A stretch of 64,000 nucleotides of DNA from Alphaproteobacteria bacterium (GCA_045563055.1 JBJKUR010000012.1:89167-153166), one strand, 5' to 3'; positions 10,991 to 19,773 are shown, counted from the first letter of the stretch. Numbers and translations are program-made. The notes: a model not told the origin generated them from the letters alone.

Positions 10991-11419
10991 ATGGATTTAC
11001 AAAGAGCGTTAGAAATTGCAATTGAAGCACATAAAGGTTCCAAAGATAAAGGTGGAAACAATTATATTTTGCACCCTTTAAGAGTTATGTTGTCAATGAA
11101 TACATATGATGAAATGATTGTTGCCGTTCTTCATGATGTTATTGAAGATACAAGATGGTCATTTGAAGATTTAGAAAAAGAGGGATTTTCTAATAAAATA
11201 ATTCTTGGTTTAAAAAGTGTTACAAAAAAGTCAGATAAAGAAAAATATGAAAATTTTATTCAAAGAGCAAAAAGAAATGATTTAGGAAGAAAAGTAAAAA
11301 TTTCAGATATAAGAGATAATTTGGATGTATCTAGATTAAAATTAATTACCGAAAAAGATAAAAACCGTCTAAAAAAATATGAGGGTGCTCTTAAAATATT
11401 AAACAATGAAAATTTATAA
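10991..11419 (+). CDS. Stand-alone RelA/SpoT-type HD hydrolase domain protein (small alarmone hydrolase-like)
   Basis: 142 aa. HPLRV, LHDVIEDT and KISDIRDNL mirror the H..R / HD / (A)DRL.N motifs of the (p)ppGpp hydrolase domain. There is no synthetase domain. Confidence 0.6.
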   Translation: MDLQRALEIAIEAHKGSKDKGGNNYILHPLRVMLSMNTYDEMIVAVLHDVIEDTRWSFEDLEKEGFSNKIILGLKSVTKKSDKEKYENFIQRAKRNDLGRKVKISDIRDNLDVSRLKLITEKDKNRLKKYEGALKILNNENL

Positions 11420-11499
11420 ATTCACTTTCCCAAAATATTCTGTCACTGAGAAATAACTAATTGTGAAGATGTTTTAACTAATAATTTAAAGATTTTTAT

Positions 11500-12348
11500 T
11501 TATATCATACAAGGATGTACTTTTCTGGGCGCAGTTTTTTCATCAATAATTTTATCAAGACAACGTGTATCAAAGTTTTTATTTTTTTCTTTTGGTATTG
11601 CTAATATATTTTCAGAACAAATATTTGGGAAATGATTAATTTTCGTATTCAGGTAATTTTCAGGATTAAATAGAAAAGACAATGCCCAGTAGAGGTTATA
11701 ATTAGATTCTAAAAGTAATTTATTTAATTTATTTGGAAAAACTCTATGATTTTCAATCCACATAATCGGCCTAAATTTATTTAAAAATAATTTTCCTCCG
11801 TTAATAACATCTGGTTCCATTCCTTCAACATCTATTTTGATAAAATTACATTTTTTTAAATGTAAAAATTGATCCAGACACATAATTGATATTTTTTGTT
11901 TGAGATCACTTTTATTAGGAAAAAATGGATTACTTTTATCTTGAACAAGACTTATGCCTCCAAAATTATCTACCGCATTATAGTTTATAAAAGTTAAATC
12001 TACTGTAGTTTTATCTAAACCAAGACCAGCTTGAAATAATTCAATATTATGTTTTTTATTATTTTTAATATTCATTTTTAATATTTCGAAAATTTCCTTT
12101 TGTGGTTCAAATGAAAAAACTTTACCTGATCTTCCTATCTTTTTTAAAAATGGGATGGTAAATGCACCAATGTTTGCTCCAATATCAAAAACGTAGTCAC
12201 CTTCCGTGATGAATTTCATGATAATTGATAACTCAATTTCTGAATATTCTCCATACAGTTTCATGCTATTTCCAATATAGAGATCTGAACTAAGTGAATG
12301 AAAAATCCCGTGTTTGGTCTTTAAAAAATCTAGATTATAACTAATCAA
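11500..12348 (-). CDS. FkbM-family SAM-dependent methyltransferase
   Basis: 282 aa. VFDIGANIGAFT (SAM motif I) and FIKIDVEGME are typical of Methyltransf_21/FkbM. Confidence 0.75.
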   Translation of the reverse strand: MISYNLDFLKTKHGIFHSLSSDLYIGNSMKLYGEYSEIELSIIMKFITEGDYVFDIGANIGAFTIPFLKKIGRSGKVFSFEPQKEIFEILKMNIKNNKKHNIELFQAGLGLDKTTVDLTFINYNAVDNFGGISLVQDKSNPFFPNKSDLKQKISIMCLDQFLHLKKCNFIKIDVEGMEPDVINGGKLFLNKFRPIMWIENHRVFPNKLNKLLLESNYNLYWALSFLFNPENYLNTKINHFPNICSENILAIPKEKNKNFDTRCLDKIIDEKTAPRKVHPCMI

Positions 12349-12635
12349 TTTTATTTCTTTTATTTAAGGAATGTTGGTATTCGTATTACTTTTATAAAAC
12401 CTAGCAATTTTGATACCATTTGACTCTTTAGATCGAAAAATTTATGGCTTGATTTATATCCAAAAAAAGTTCACAAATCGATTTCTATTAAATCGTTACT
12501 TTTTAATACTCTTGGAATTGAGAAAATTATAAGAATTATAATATAATTTTGATTTGAAATTTGAGTAAATCCCATATGAAATTACAATAAAAAGAAATAT
12601 AAAGAAAACTAATTTTTTCATTTATTTCTAATATA

Positions 12636-13424
12636 CTATTCTTTTCTACACGGAAGAGGAAATGTGATTGTTCCACTTTTATACTCTTTATTTTTATCAA
12701 AACAAGAAACGGAATTAGGTCCATTTGCCCAATATTTGTGAGGGTTGAGAGAGCGGTAAAAGTCTTTAATAAAATATTTGCATCCCCAATTATTTTTTTC
12801 TTCTTTTTCGCAATATTCTTGACCAATTTGTAGGTGTAAATGTCTAACTCTAGCCATACATCTATATTTAATTTTTTCAGGAAGTTTTGCAATAAGTTGT
12901 CCTCTTTTAACTAAATCATTCTCTTTAACCATGAACTCCCCTACATGACCATATATTGCAACAAGATTCTCACCATCTGTAGACTTGCCATGATCAATAA
13001 TCATGGTCGCACCCCAGCAATCTTCAACTGTTGTTTCAAGAACTTTACCATCCGCAATCGCTATTATGGGTTGATTAGCTGGACCAATAATATCAATTCC
13101 TTGATGAATATTATCTCTAGGCCTGGTATTTACCCCATTTATACTTCCAAAGTCTGATAAAATAGGGTTTACATTAAATCCTTCTGGGCTAACATCTATC
13201 GAATACTTTATACAATATTCTAAAACCCGATTAAACTCTCCTTTGTAGCCAGGATGGTCATCGTACCACCCTAATGCTTCTCTGCATTGAAAGGAAGCAT
13301 CATTTAATTTATATAATTCTGAACTGGAAGAGTCTTTGGAAAATACGTTTGCGGATATTCCAAAATTAAATATGAAACTTAAAAGGATAATTAATAAGCT
13401 TGATTTATGTATCTTTAATATCAT
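12636..13424 (-). CDS. Secreted M23 (LytM-type) metallopeptidase
   Basis: 262 aa with a signal peptide. HQGIDI (H..xD) and HLHLQ (HxH) are the M23 zinc ligands. Confidence 0.8.
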   Translation of the reverse strand: MILKIHKSSLLIILLSFIFNFGISANVFSKDSSSSELYKLNDASFQCREALGWYDDHPGYKGEFNRVLEYCIKYSIDVSPEGFNVNPILSDFGSINGVNTRPRDNIHQGIDIIGPANQPIIAIADGKVLETTVEDCWGATMIIDHGKSTDGENLVAIYGHVGEFMVKENDLVKRGQLIAKLPEKIKYRCMARVRHLHLQIGQEYCEKEEKNNWGCKYFIKDFYRSLNPHKYWANGPNSVSCFDKNKEYKSGTITFPLPCRKE

Positions 13425-13503
13425 TATTTATATATGTTATTTTTTTTTTTTTTAAAAAGTAAAAAATAACTATTATGTTTATGAATTAATAGAGAGGTTA
13501 CTA

Positions 13504-13953
13504 ATGCTAAATGTTTATTTGTCAGGTGAGATTCATACAAATTGGAGAGATGAAATAATTAATCTTTGTAAAAAAGAAAAATTACAAATAAGTTTTACCT
13601 CACCAATAACTGACCATGAAGCGTCAGATAATTGTGGTGTAGAAATTCTTGGGGGTGAAGATAAAAACTTTTGGAAAGATAATAAAGGAGCAAGTTTGAA
13701 TTCAATTAAGACTAAAAAATCCATACTTGATAGTGACTTGGTAATTGTGAAGTTTGGAGATAAATATAAACAATGGAACGCGGCATTTGATGCAGGTTAT
13801 GCAGCAGCTTTAAATAAGTCAATTATTGTAATTCATGATGATGAGAATCAACATGCACTTAAAGAGGTGGATGCGGCAGCATCTGCAGTGGCAAAAGACC
13901 ATGCCCAGGTCGTGAGAATATTAAAGTATGTCGTTGAAGGTTCTTTAAAATAA
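13504..13953 (+). CDS. YtoQ-family protein (nucleoside 2-deoxyribosyltransferase-like fold)
   Basis: 149 aa. The N-terminus VYLSGEIHTNWRDEI and the overall length match my recollection of the YtoQ family. Confidence 0.6.
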   Translation: MLNVYLSGEIHTNWRDEIINLCKKEKLQISFTSPITDHEASDNCGVEILGGEDKNFWKDNKGASLNSIKTKKSILDSDLVIVKFGDKYKQWNAAFDAGYAAALNKSIIVIHDDENQHALKEVDAAASAVAKDHAQVVRILKYVVEGSLK

Positions 13954-13958
13954 GGGTT

Positions 13959-14141
13959 TTAGGATTTATAGTTTTTTAAATAATTTAAATATAATCTAAT
14001 CCAATTTTTTTCAGTCAAACCATGTAATTTAATATTCCCGTCAGTCTCATTTGACTCCCAATCCTCAAGTATATAATCAGTGAAATCCATATTTATTTTT
14101 GTTAAAATCTCACAGAATTTATCAAGTCCAATTTTTTTCAT
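13959..14141 (-). CDS. Hypothetical 60-aa acidic cytoplasmic protein
   Basis: ORF only. It has no signal peptide and is the last gene of a co-directional minus-strand run. Confidence 0.4.
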   Translation of the reverse strand: MKKIGLDKFCEILTKINMDFTDYILEDWESNETDGNIKLHGLTEKNWIRLYLNYLKNYKS

Positions 14142-14190
14142 AATAATTTATTTAAACACTTTATATCATAATTAGAAGTTTTTAACCAAA

Positions 14191-14580
14191 CTATTCTAAA
14201 ATACAGATAGCTTTTATCATCTCACCACCAGCGCTTCCTGGAGGAAAATATTGCCATTTTGGTTTTTCAATTTTTCCAGATCCACGGCTTTTTTCTCCTG
14301 CACCTAGATTGAGCTTATAAAAATCCTTCCTCCAATCTCTGTACATCAATTCATCACATTTAAATTCACGTTTGATGATTGAGGAATAATCTCCGTGAGT
14401 ATTTGGTTCTAGATTGTCAATTAATAATCTTATACTTCTCGTTTTTTTTTTTATTTCAAGGCTATCTAAATCAATGAAAAAGGTTATTCCATTTCCAGAA
14501 AAAAGTTTAGACCACTTATCTTCTAATGAGTGTGCTTCAATAGAAAACAATGTAACAATTATAAACAAATATCTAGTCAT
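14191..14580 (-). CDS. Hypothetical secreted protein (129 aa), paralogue of 15078-15467
   Basis: The signal peptide is MTRYLFIIVTLFSIEAHS. It aligns colinearly with the 15078-15467 product (W.K.F...FI...S, E..C..L..RD, G.GE, KW, two Cys at matching positions). Confidence 0.6.
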   Translation of the reverse strand: MTRYLFIIVTLFSIEAHSLEDKWSKLFSGNGITFFIDLDSLEIKKKTRSIRLLIDNLEPNTHGDYSSIIKREFKCDELMYRDWRKDFYKLNLGAGEKSRGSGKIEKPKWQYFPPGSAGGEMIKAICILE

Positions 14581-14643
14581 AATTTCATACTATATAAAAT
14601 TAATTGAAACTTAAATTCCTTTCTAAATTTGAACAATAAACAT

Positions 14644-15024
14644 TTACACATTCTTTTTTTTTGGTGGATATCTCCACCATAAAAATATCGTCCAGAGAAA
14701 ACATAAAATATACGTAGTCAAAAAATAAGTTCCAGGAAGCTCCCAGAATATTATTTCTTTTAAAATTTTACTTATAAATGATGTGTGAAAAAAAATACCT
14801 CTTAATTTGTTTTCAAGAATTGTAAGTGGACAATGGACTCCAATGAGAGTTTCAATCGTGACTAAAGTTATCAAAGATATATGAACGACTCTAATCGTTT
14901 TATTTTTTAAATATTCCCAATTTAATTTGTAACTAATAGGTATTAACAAAAATAAAGAGATTACAAAAAAAATTATTAAGAAATGTATGATTAAGATAAT
15001 ATCAGCAATAATTTGGTTTGTCAT
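14644..15024 (-). CDS. DUF2784-family membrane protein
   Basis: 126 aa with about 4 predicted TM segments. CPLTILENKLR matches the DUF2784 signature as I recall it. Confidence 0.65.
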   Translation of the reverse strand: MTNQIIADIILIIHFLIIFFVISLFLLIPISYKLNWEYLKNKTIRVVHISLITLVTIETLIGVHCPLTILENKLRGIFFHTSFISKILKEIIFWELPGTYFLTTYILCFLWTIFLWWRYPPKKKNV

Positions 15025-15077
15025 ATTGCACTAAGTTCCATAGAGTCTTATAAGTTCATGATAGATCTAGTCAAAGC

Positions 15078-15467
15078 CTAATCATAGACTCTGTCGCATA
15101 ATAACTTGTTCATTAACTGAGCACTTGTACCTTCTTTATATTTTTTCCATTTTTTCGAGGGCTTTCCTTTATAAAAGTTTTCACCTATACCCATTTGTTG
15201 CTTAAATAATTTGTAATTTACGTCTCTTACTTTCAACGAATTACAGTCTACTTCTGACTTTGTAATGAAAGATCTACTCCCATTTTTTTGGATAATTCTG
15301 TAGTTTACTAGTTGATCATAAAAAATCCTATTTTTATCTCTTTTTATAGAATTACTTTCTATAAATAAATCTCCTTTACTGATTGTAAAGATTTTAATCC
15401 AGTCTGCATTACAATTCCATGGAAGCAAAAAAATAAAAAAAAAATAAATGTAATATTTATTAATCAT
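15078..15467 (-). CDS. Hypothetical secreted protein (129 aa), paralogue of 14191-14580
   Basis: It has a signal peptide and the same length and Cys spacing as the 14191-14580 product, at roughly 25% identity by eye. Confidence 0.6.
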   Translation of the reverse strand: MINKYYIYFFFIFLLPWNCNADWIKIFTISKGDLFIESNSIKRDKNRIFYDQLVNYRIIQKNGSRSFITKSEVDCNSLKVRDVNYKLFKQQMGIGENFYKGKPSKKWKKYKEGTSAQLMNKLLCDRVYD

Positions 15468-15520
15468 AATATTTTCATATTATTGATTGATTATAAAATT
15501 TCAAACAAAATTATGTATGC

Positions 15521-15550
15521 TTGACAGAAGTTCAAAAGAGTGACTATAAA
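15521..15550 (+). promoter_or_regulatory. Candidate sigma70-type promoter (TTGACA - 18 nt - TATAAA) for ORF 15556
   Basis: A perfect -35 hexamer lies at 15521-15526 and a -10-like hexamer at 15545-15550. The ATG at 15556 lies only 5 nt past the -10, and no SD is visible. Confidence 0.35.
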
Positions 15551-15555
15551 AATAT

Positions 15556-15951
15556 ATGAGGATATTAATTTTGTTTCTTTTGTTTCTAACATTTAGTTAT
15601 TCTGAAGCTAAAGACCCACATGATGATGATCTTGGAGAAAAAAGCCTGATATGTTTTAATAAGTCGTTAAATATTGATGATTGGGGTGTAAAGTTTTTAT
15701 CAAATAAAAATGTAAAATTATTTTCATTGAATAAATCTTTATATGAAATTTATCAATATAAAAGGAAATATAGAACTGATATCAGAAATATCTATATTTT
15801 AAAAAATGAAGATATTGAACATATAATTAATAGAAACCGTCTAGTATTTGGAAATAAAAAATGTAAAATTGTTTCTGGTGATCCTTTGATCTTGCTACAA
15901 CAAAGAATCAATGAATTAAAAACTAAAAAGCGTAAAGGTAATAAAATATAA
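15556..15951 (+). CDS. Hypothetical secreted protein (131 aa)
   Basis: The signal peptide is MRILILFLLFLTFSYSEA and the C-terminal tail is basic. I recognise no family. Confidence 0.55.
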   Translation: MRILILFLLFLTFSYSEAKDPHDDDLGEKSLICFNKSLNIDDWGVKFLSNKNVKLFSLNKSLYEIYQYKRKYRTDIRNIYILKNEDIEHIINRNRLVFGNKKCKIVSGDPLILLQQRINELKTKKRKGNKI

Positions 15952-15962
15952 TTATAAAAGGC

Positions 15963-16448
15963 ATGATTCTCTTTGTTATTTTTTGTTTTTTCTCATTTTC
16001 AATTTTTTCAGAAGAAATTTTTAATTGTTCAACTGAAAAACATATAGGACTTAATTTTATTGGAAGAGATTATAACGAAATTTTATCTTATTTAGGACTT
16101 AAAGACTTTGAAATTAAATTATCTAGAAAAAGACAAGATATTTTTATTCAAGAAAAAAAAAATCTAGAATTAAAAGTTCTCCCCAAAACATCGCATTTTA
16201 TTGAAATTGTAATTTTAAAATCATCTGGACATGCAATTCCACTGCATTGCTCATGGTTTTTCGATATCAGAAAGGACAATCTAAAAGAAAAAGATTTTAA
16301 TTGTGTAGGTTATCCTGAAAATAACAGAATATTCAGCCTAGATTTTCACGGCAATTTTATGTACTCTTCAAAGTTTGAATCAATTATAAAAAAGGATAAT
16401 AAAACTCTCCACTCTTTAATTGGTAAATGTAGTAAAACTAGTGAGTGA
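15963..16448 (+). CDS. Hypothetical secreted protein (161 aa)
   Basis: The N-terminus is hydrophobic (MILFVIFCFFSFSIFS) and the mature part contains several Cys. I recognise no family. Confidence 0.55.
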   Translation: MILFVIFCFFSFSIFSEEIFNCSTEKHIGLNFIGRDYNEILSYLGLKDFEIKLSRKRQDIFIQEKKNLELKVLPKTSHFIEIVILKSSGHAIPLHCSWFFDIRKDNLKEKDFNCVGYPENNRIFSLDFHGNFMYSSKFESIIKKDNKTLHSLIGKCSKTSE

Positions 16449-16452
16449 TAAT

Positions 16453-16656
16453 ATGAAAAATAAATTTGAATACAAAATTGTAGATTATGTTAATTTTGAA
16501 CATCATAATTACAATGATGTTGAGTCTTTTTTAAATAAACTTGGGCAAGATGGTTTTGAACTTTTAGAAGTAATTGATATGGGAGACAATAATTCAAATA
16601 AAGATGGTAAAAGTTCTAGGTATAGATACATTTTTAAAAGATGGATAAGCAATTAA
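16453..16656 (+). CDS. DUF4177-like small protein
   Basis: The internal ATG of track ORF 16420-16656 gives MKNKFEYKIV...LNKLGQDGFELLEV..., which resembles the DUF4177 pattern (YK.v......l..LN.lG..GWEL). Confidence 0.45.
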   Translation: MKNKFEYKIVDYVNFEHHNYNDVESFLNKLGQDGFELLEVIDMGDNNSNKDGKSSRYRYIFKRWISN

Positions 16657-16835
16657 TAATTTTAGATATTAATAGAAATAAATATCGTGTTAAAGATGCT
16701 AAGAAGTTCTCAGATCATATTTTTAACTTCCACTCAACAGGAGTTTCTATTCATGAGGAAGACGGTTTCTTTTTTGAGATAAATGATAATTTTAGAAATA
16801 AAATTCTGCTATATATGAAAAACTTAAATTTATGA
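16641..16835 (+). CDS. Hypothetical 64-aa protein
   Basis: ORF only. It overlaps the upstream gene by 16 nt and the cysS ATG by 4 nt (ATGA), which suggests translational coupling. Confidence 0.4.
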   Translation: MDKQLIILDINRNKYRVKDAKKFSDHIFNFHSTGVSIHEEDGFFFEINDNFRNKILLYMKNLNL

Positions 16836-18208
16836 AAATCTCTATACTTGACACCCTGTCTGGAAAAAAACGAGAGTTTGTTCCAATAGATCCTAATAAT
16901 GTTAGGGTTTATGCTTGTGGTCCAACAGTTTATGACTTTCCTCATGTTGGTAATGCAAGGATGGCTGTTGCAACAGATTTGTTAATTCGAGTTCTAAAAA
17001 AAAATTTTGATAAGGTTCTTTTTGTTTCTAATGTTACTGATGTTGATGATAAAATTATCAAATCGGCTAAAGAAAAGCATATTCCAATTGAAGCTCTAAC
17101 TAATAAATTTTTAGAAATTTATAATCAGAATATGAATCATCTAAATGTAAAGAAACCTGATTTACAACCAAAAGCTACAGAATGTATACAAGATATGATA
17201 AATATGATTCAAAAGTTATTAAATAATAAGTGTGCATATAAAGCCAACAAACATATCCTTTTTGCAGTTGAGACCTATAAATATTATGGTAAGTTGTCAG
17301 GAAGAAGCATTGATGAACAGGTTGCAGGAGCAAGGGTTGAGATTGCTGACTTTAAAAAAAATCCAAGAGATTTCGTTTTATGGAAACCAAGCAATGATGA
17401 TGAGCCTGGTTGGGCTTCTCCTTGGGGAAGAGGGAGGCCTGGATGGCACATAGAGTGTAGTGCTATGTCACATAAATGTCTCGACACACCATTTGATATT
17501 CACTGTGGTGGTGTTGACCTAACGTTTCCTCATCATGAAAATGAAATTGCACAAAGTTGTTCAACATTGGAAATAGATTCAGACCCTGAAAATTTTTGTA
17601 GATATTGGTTTCACAATGGTTTTGTTACCTACAAGGGTGAAAAAATGTCTAAATCCATTGGAAATATCCAGCTCGTTGATGATATTTTAAAGAAATATGA
17701 TGGTACAGTTATCAGATTAAGTTTAATGAGTGCACATTACAGGCAACCTTTAAATTGGACCGAGGAAATTCTGATTCAATCTGAGAAAAATTTGATAAGG
17801 ATTTATAAAAATATCAATAAGATTAAACCTAAAAGAACAAAAAATGAGTTTGATAATCATGACCTATTTAAAGAGTTTCAAGAAAGTCTTTTTGATGATT
17901 TAAATACCCCGAAGGCTCTTGGAGTTCTAAACAAAATCCTTAATCAATTTAATAAATCAATTAATGATGAAAAAGAAAATTTATATTATGATATGATCGA
18001 GGCTCTTGATTTATTAGGTCTTAACCAAGAAATAAAAGAATTGAAAAAAATTGATGAAGATGTAATTAAAAAGTTAATTGTGGATAGAGATAAAGCCAGA
18101 AAAGAAAAGGATTTTAAAAGAGCTGACGAGATTCGTGAAAAATTGAATAAACTTAATGTAGAGATTGAAGATACCGCTGAAGGGACGAAATGGGTAAAGC
18201 AAAAATAA
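16832..18208 (+). CDS. cysS: Cysteine--tRNA ligase
   Basis: 458 aa. It has HVGNAR (the HIGH motif) and KMSKS, plus the Zn-binding Cys/His context typical of CysRS. Confidence 0.95.
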   Translation: MKISILDTLSGKKREFVPIDPNNVRVYACGPTVYDFPHVGNARMAVATDLLIRVLKKNFDKVLFVSNVTDVDDKIIKSAKEKHIPIEALTNKFLEIYNQNMNHLNVKKPDLQPKATECIQDMINMIQKLLNNKCAYKANKHILFAVETYKYYGKLSGRSIDEQVAGARVEIADFKKNPRDFVLWKPSNDDEPGWASPWGRGRPGWHIECSAMSHKCLDTPFDIHCGGVDLTFPHHENEIAQSCSTLEIDSDPENFCRYWFHNGFVTYKGEKMSKSIGNIQLVDDILKKYDGTVIRLSLMSAHYRQPLNWTEEILIQSEKNLIRIYKNINKIKPKRTKNEFDNHDLFKEFQESLFDDLNTPKALGVLNKILNQFNKSINDEKENLYYDMIEALDLLGLNQEIKELKKIDEDVIKKLIVDRDKARKEKDFKRADEIREKLNKLNVEIEDTAEGTKWVKQK

Positions 18209-18858
18209 AAAATCCCATAATACTTTTTTTATTAGTTCAAATACGTTTTTACCAATTATTTATTTCACCTTTAATAGGCTCAAATTGTAGATTTTATCCT
18301 AGTTGTTCACAATACTGTTTGGAATCGCTAAAAAAGTTTGGACTGTTTAAAGGAATCTACTACTCCTTTTTAAGAATAAAAGAATGCCATCCGTTTGGTA
18401 AGAGTGGTTTTGATCCTGTTAAAAATAAAATTGTTTTAAAAAAAGTATCTTTAAAAGATATAAAACCTCACAGAAAAAAAAATTTGTACAATATGTATTC
18501 ATCTAAATTATCAAATTACAAAGAAGATAAAATTAAAAGTACAGTTCATTATGCACTTTTTAGTGATAAAAAATTAGTATCTGGGGCAACATTGATTGAA
18601 AAGTCAGACGATAATAATACAAAAATTATTCAGATCCGAGGCATGTTTACAGTTAAAGATGAGATTAATAAAGGATATGGATCCAATTTCATTTCAATGT
18701 TAATAAAAGAAATGAAAAAGAATAAAATAAAATTTGTGTGGTGTAATTCCCGAATAGTGGCAGTAAACTTTTATAAAAAAAATCAATTTGATGAAATTGG
18801 AAACTATTTTAATATTTTACATATAGGAAAACACAAAAAGTTGATTAGGTATTTATAA
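18190..18858 (+). CDS. yidD: YidD (membrane protein insertion efficiency factor) fused to a C-terminal GNAT acetyltransferase domain
   Basis: 222 aa. Residues ~15-78 ([36 protein letters not shown]...[13 protein letters not shown]) form a complete YidD domain. The C-terminal ~120 aa carry GNAT motif A ([27 protein letters not shown]) and a NFYKKNQF motif B-like segment. Confidence 0.75.
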   Translation: MGKAKIKNPIILFLLVQIRFYQLFISPLIGSNCRFYPSCSQYCLESLKKFGLFKGIYYSFLRIKECHPFGKSGFDPVKNKIVLKKVSLKDIKPHRKKNLYNMYSSKLSNYKEDKIKSTVHYALFSDKKLVSGATLIEKSDDNNTKIIQIRGMFTVKDEINKGYGSNFISMLIKEMKKNKIKFVWCNSRIVAVNFYKKNQFDEIGNYFNILHIGKHKKLIRYL

Positions 18859-19236
18859 TTGAAGAAAAAAAATCAGATAAACGTCTTGGGTGGTGAATTA
18901 ATTTTATGCTCATCAAACCCAATCACTGGTTTCACAAGAAATGGATGTTGTGAATCTCATGAAAGTGATAATGGAAAACATTTGTTATGTGCGCGAGTGG
19001 ATGATAAGTTCTTAGAATTCCAATTTTTGAAAGGTAATGATTTGATCACACCGAAACCAGAGTTCAATTTTACAGGATTGGTGAGCGGTGATAGATGGTG
19101 TGTCTGTGCTAATCGTTGGCTTGAGGCATATCAATTTTCTTCTGCTCCACCAATTATCTTGCAATCATCTAATATTGATGTCTTAGAAGTAATAGATCTT
19201 GAAATTCTAAAAAGGTTTGCAATAGATTTAAACTAA
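18859..19236 (+). CDS. DUF2237-family protein
   Basis: 125 aa. NVLGGEL..C...P.TGF.R.GCC...D.G.H..C and DRWCVCA.RW match DUF2237. The start is TTG, directly after the previous stop. Confidence 0.7.
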   Translation: MKKKNQINVLGGELILCSSNPITGFTRNGCCESHESDNGKHLLCARVDDKFLEFQFLKGNDLITPKPEFNFTGLVSGDRWCVCANRWLEAYQFSSAPPIILQSSNIDVLEVIDLEILKRFAIDLN

Positions 19237-19251
19237 ATTATTATCTTTGAC

Positions 19252-19773
19252 ATGACAAAATTGCTTATTATTTCTTCAACTAAAAATACCAATTTAGAAT
19301 TATCGTCTGAAATAAAAAAATACATTGAAAATCAATCTCAAATTAAAATTGATATTATTTCTTTGGAAGATTTTAATTTGCCATTGTACACACCAACTTT
19401 AGAGAAAAAATTTAAAAATGAAAACATATTTCCATCAGAAATTAGTAAACTTAAAAATTTAATATGTTCCTCATCAGCTCTTATATGGTGTAGTCCTGAA
19501 TATAATGGGGGAATATCACCTATTGTTACAAATGCAATAGCTTGGATAAGTAGAGCAACTGAAAATTGGAAAGACGGTTTCAAAGATAAACATTCTTTGA
19601 TATGCTCCTCGTCCGGTGGAAATGGTAATAATTTTGTAAAGGGTTTTAGTATTCAATTAGATTATTTAGGGTCAATTGTTTTCGATCGTCATATTATCAA
19701 AACCAACGCAAAAGATATAGATAAAGAACAGTTTTCTACAATCATTGATAGTTTTTGCTCCAAGCTAAAATAA
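19252..19773 (+). CDS. NAD(P)H-dependent FMN reductase family (flavodoxin-like fold)
   Basis: 173 aa. LIISSTKN... and LIWCSPEYNGGISP match the FMN_red family pattern. Confidence 0.65.
   Translation: MTKLLIISSTKNTNLELSSEIKKYIENQSQIKIDIISLEDFNLPLYTPTLEKKFKNENIFPSEISKLKNLICSSSALIWCSPEYNGGISPIVTNAIAWISRATENWKDGFKDKHSLICSSSGGNGNNFVKGFSIQLDYLGSIVFDRHIIKTNAKDIDKEQFSTIIDSFCSKLK

Noticed and set aside
12536-12892. ORF 12536-12892(-), 118 aa
   Set aside because: It overlaps the 3' end of the well-supported M23 peptidase gene in another frame, and the remainder is low-complexity. It is probably spurious. Only the short 12496-12621 ORF in the gap is kept, as a weak possibility.
13436-13470. A T14 tract flanked by the inverted repeat GTTATTTTTT / AAAAAATAAC in the M23-peptidase/ytoQ divergent spacer, considered as a structured element
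   Set aside because: The stem is composed purely of A/T, and its arms are largely the homopolymer tracts themselves. It is most likely just an AT-tract or UP-element-like promoter region, and I cannot argue for a specific function.
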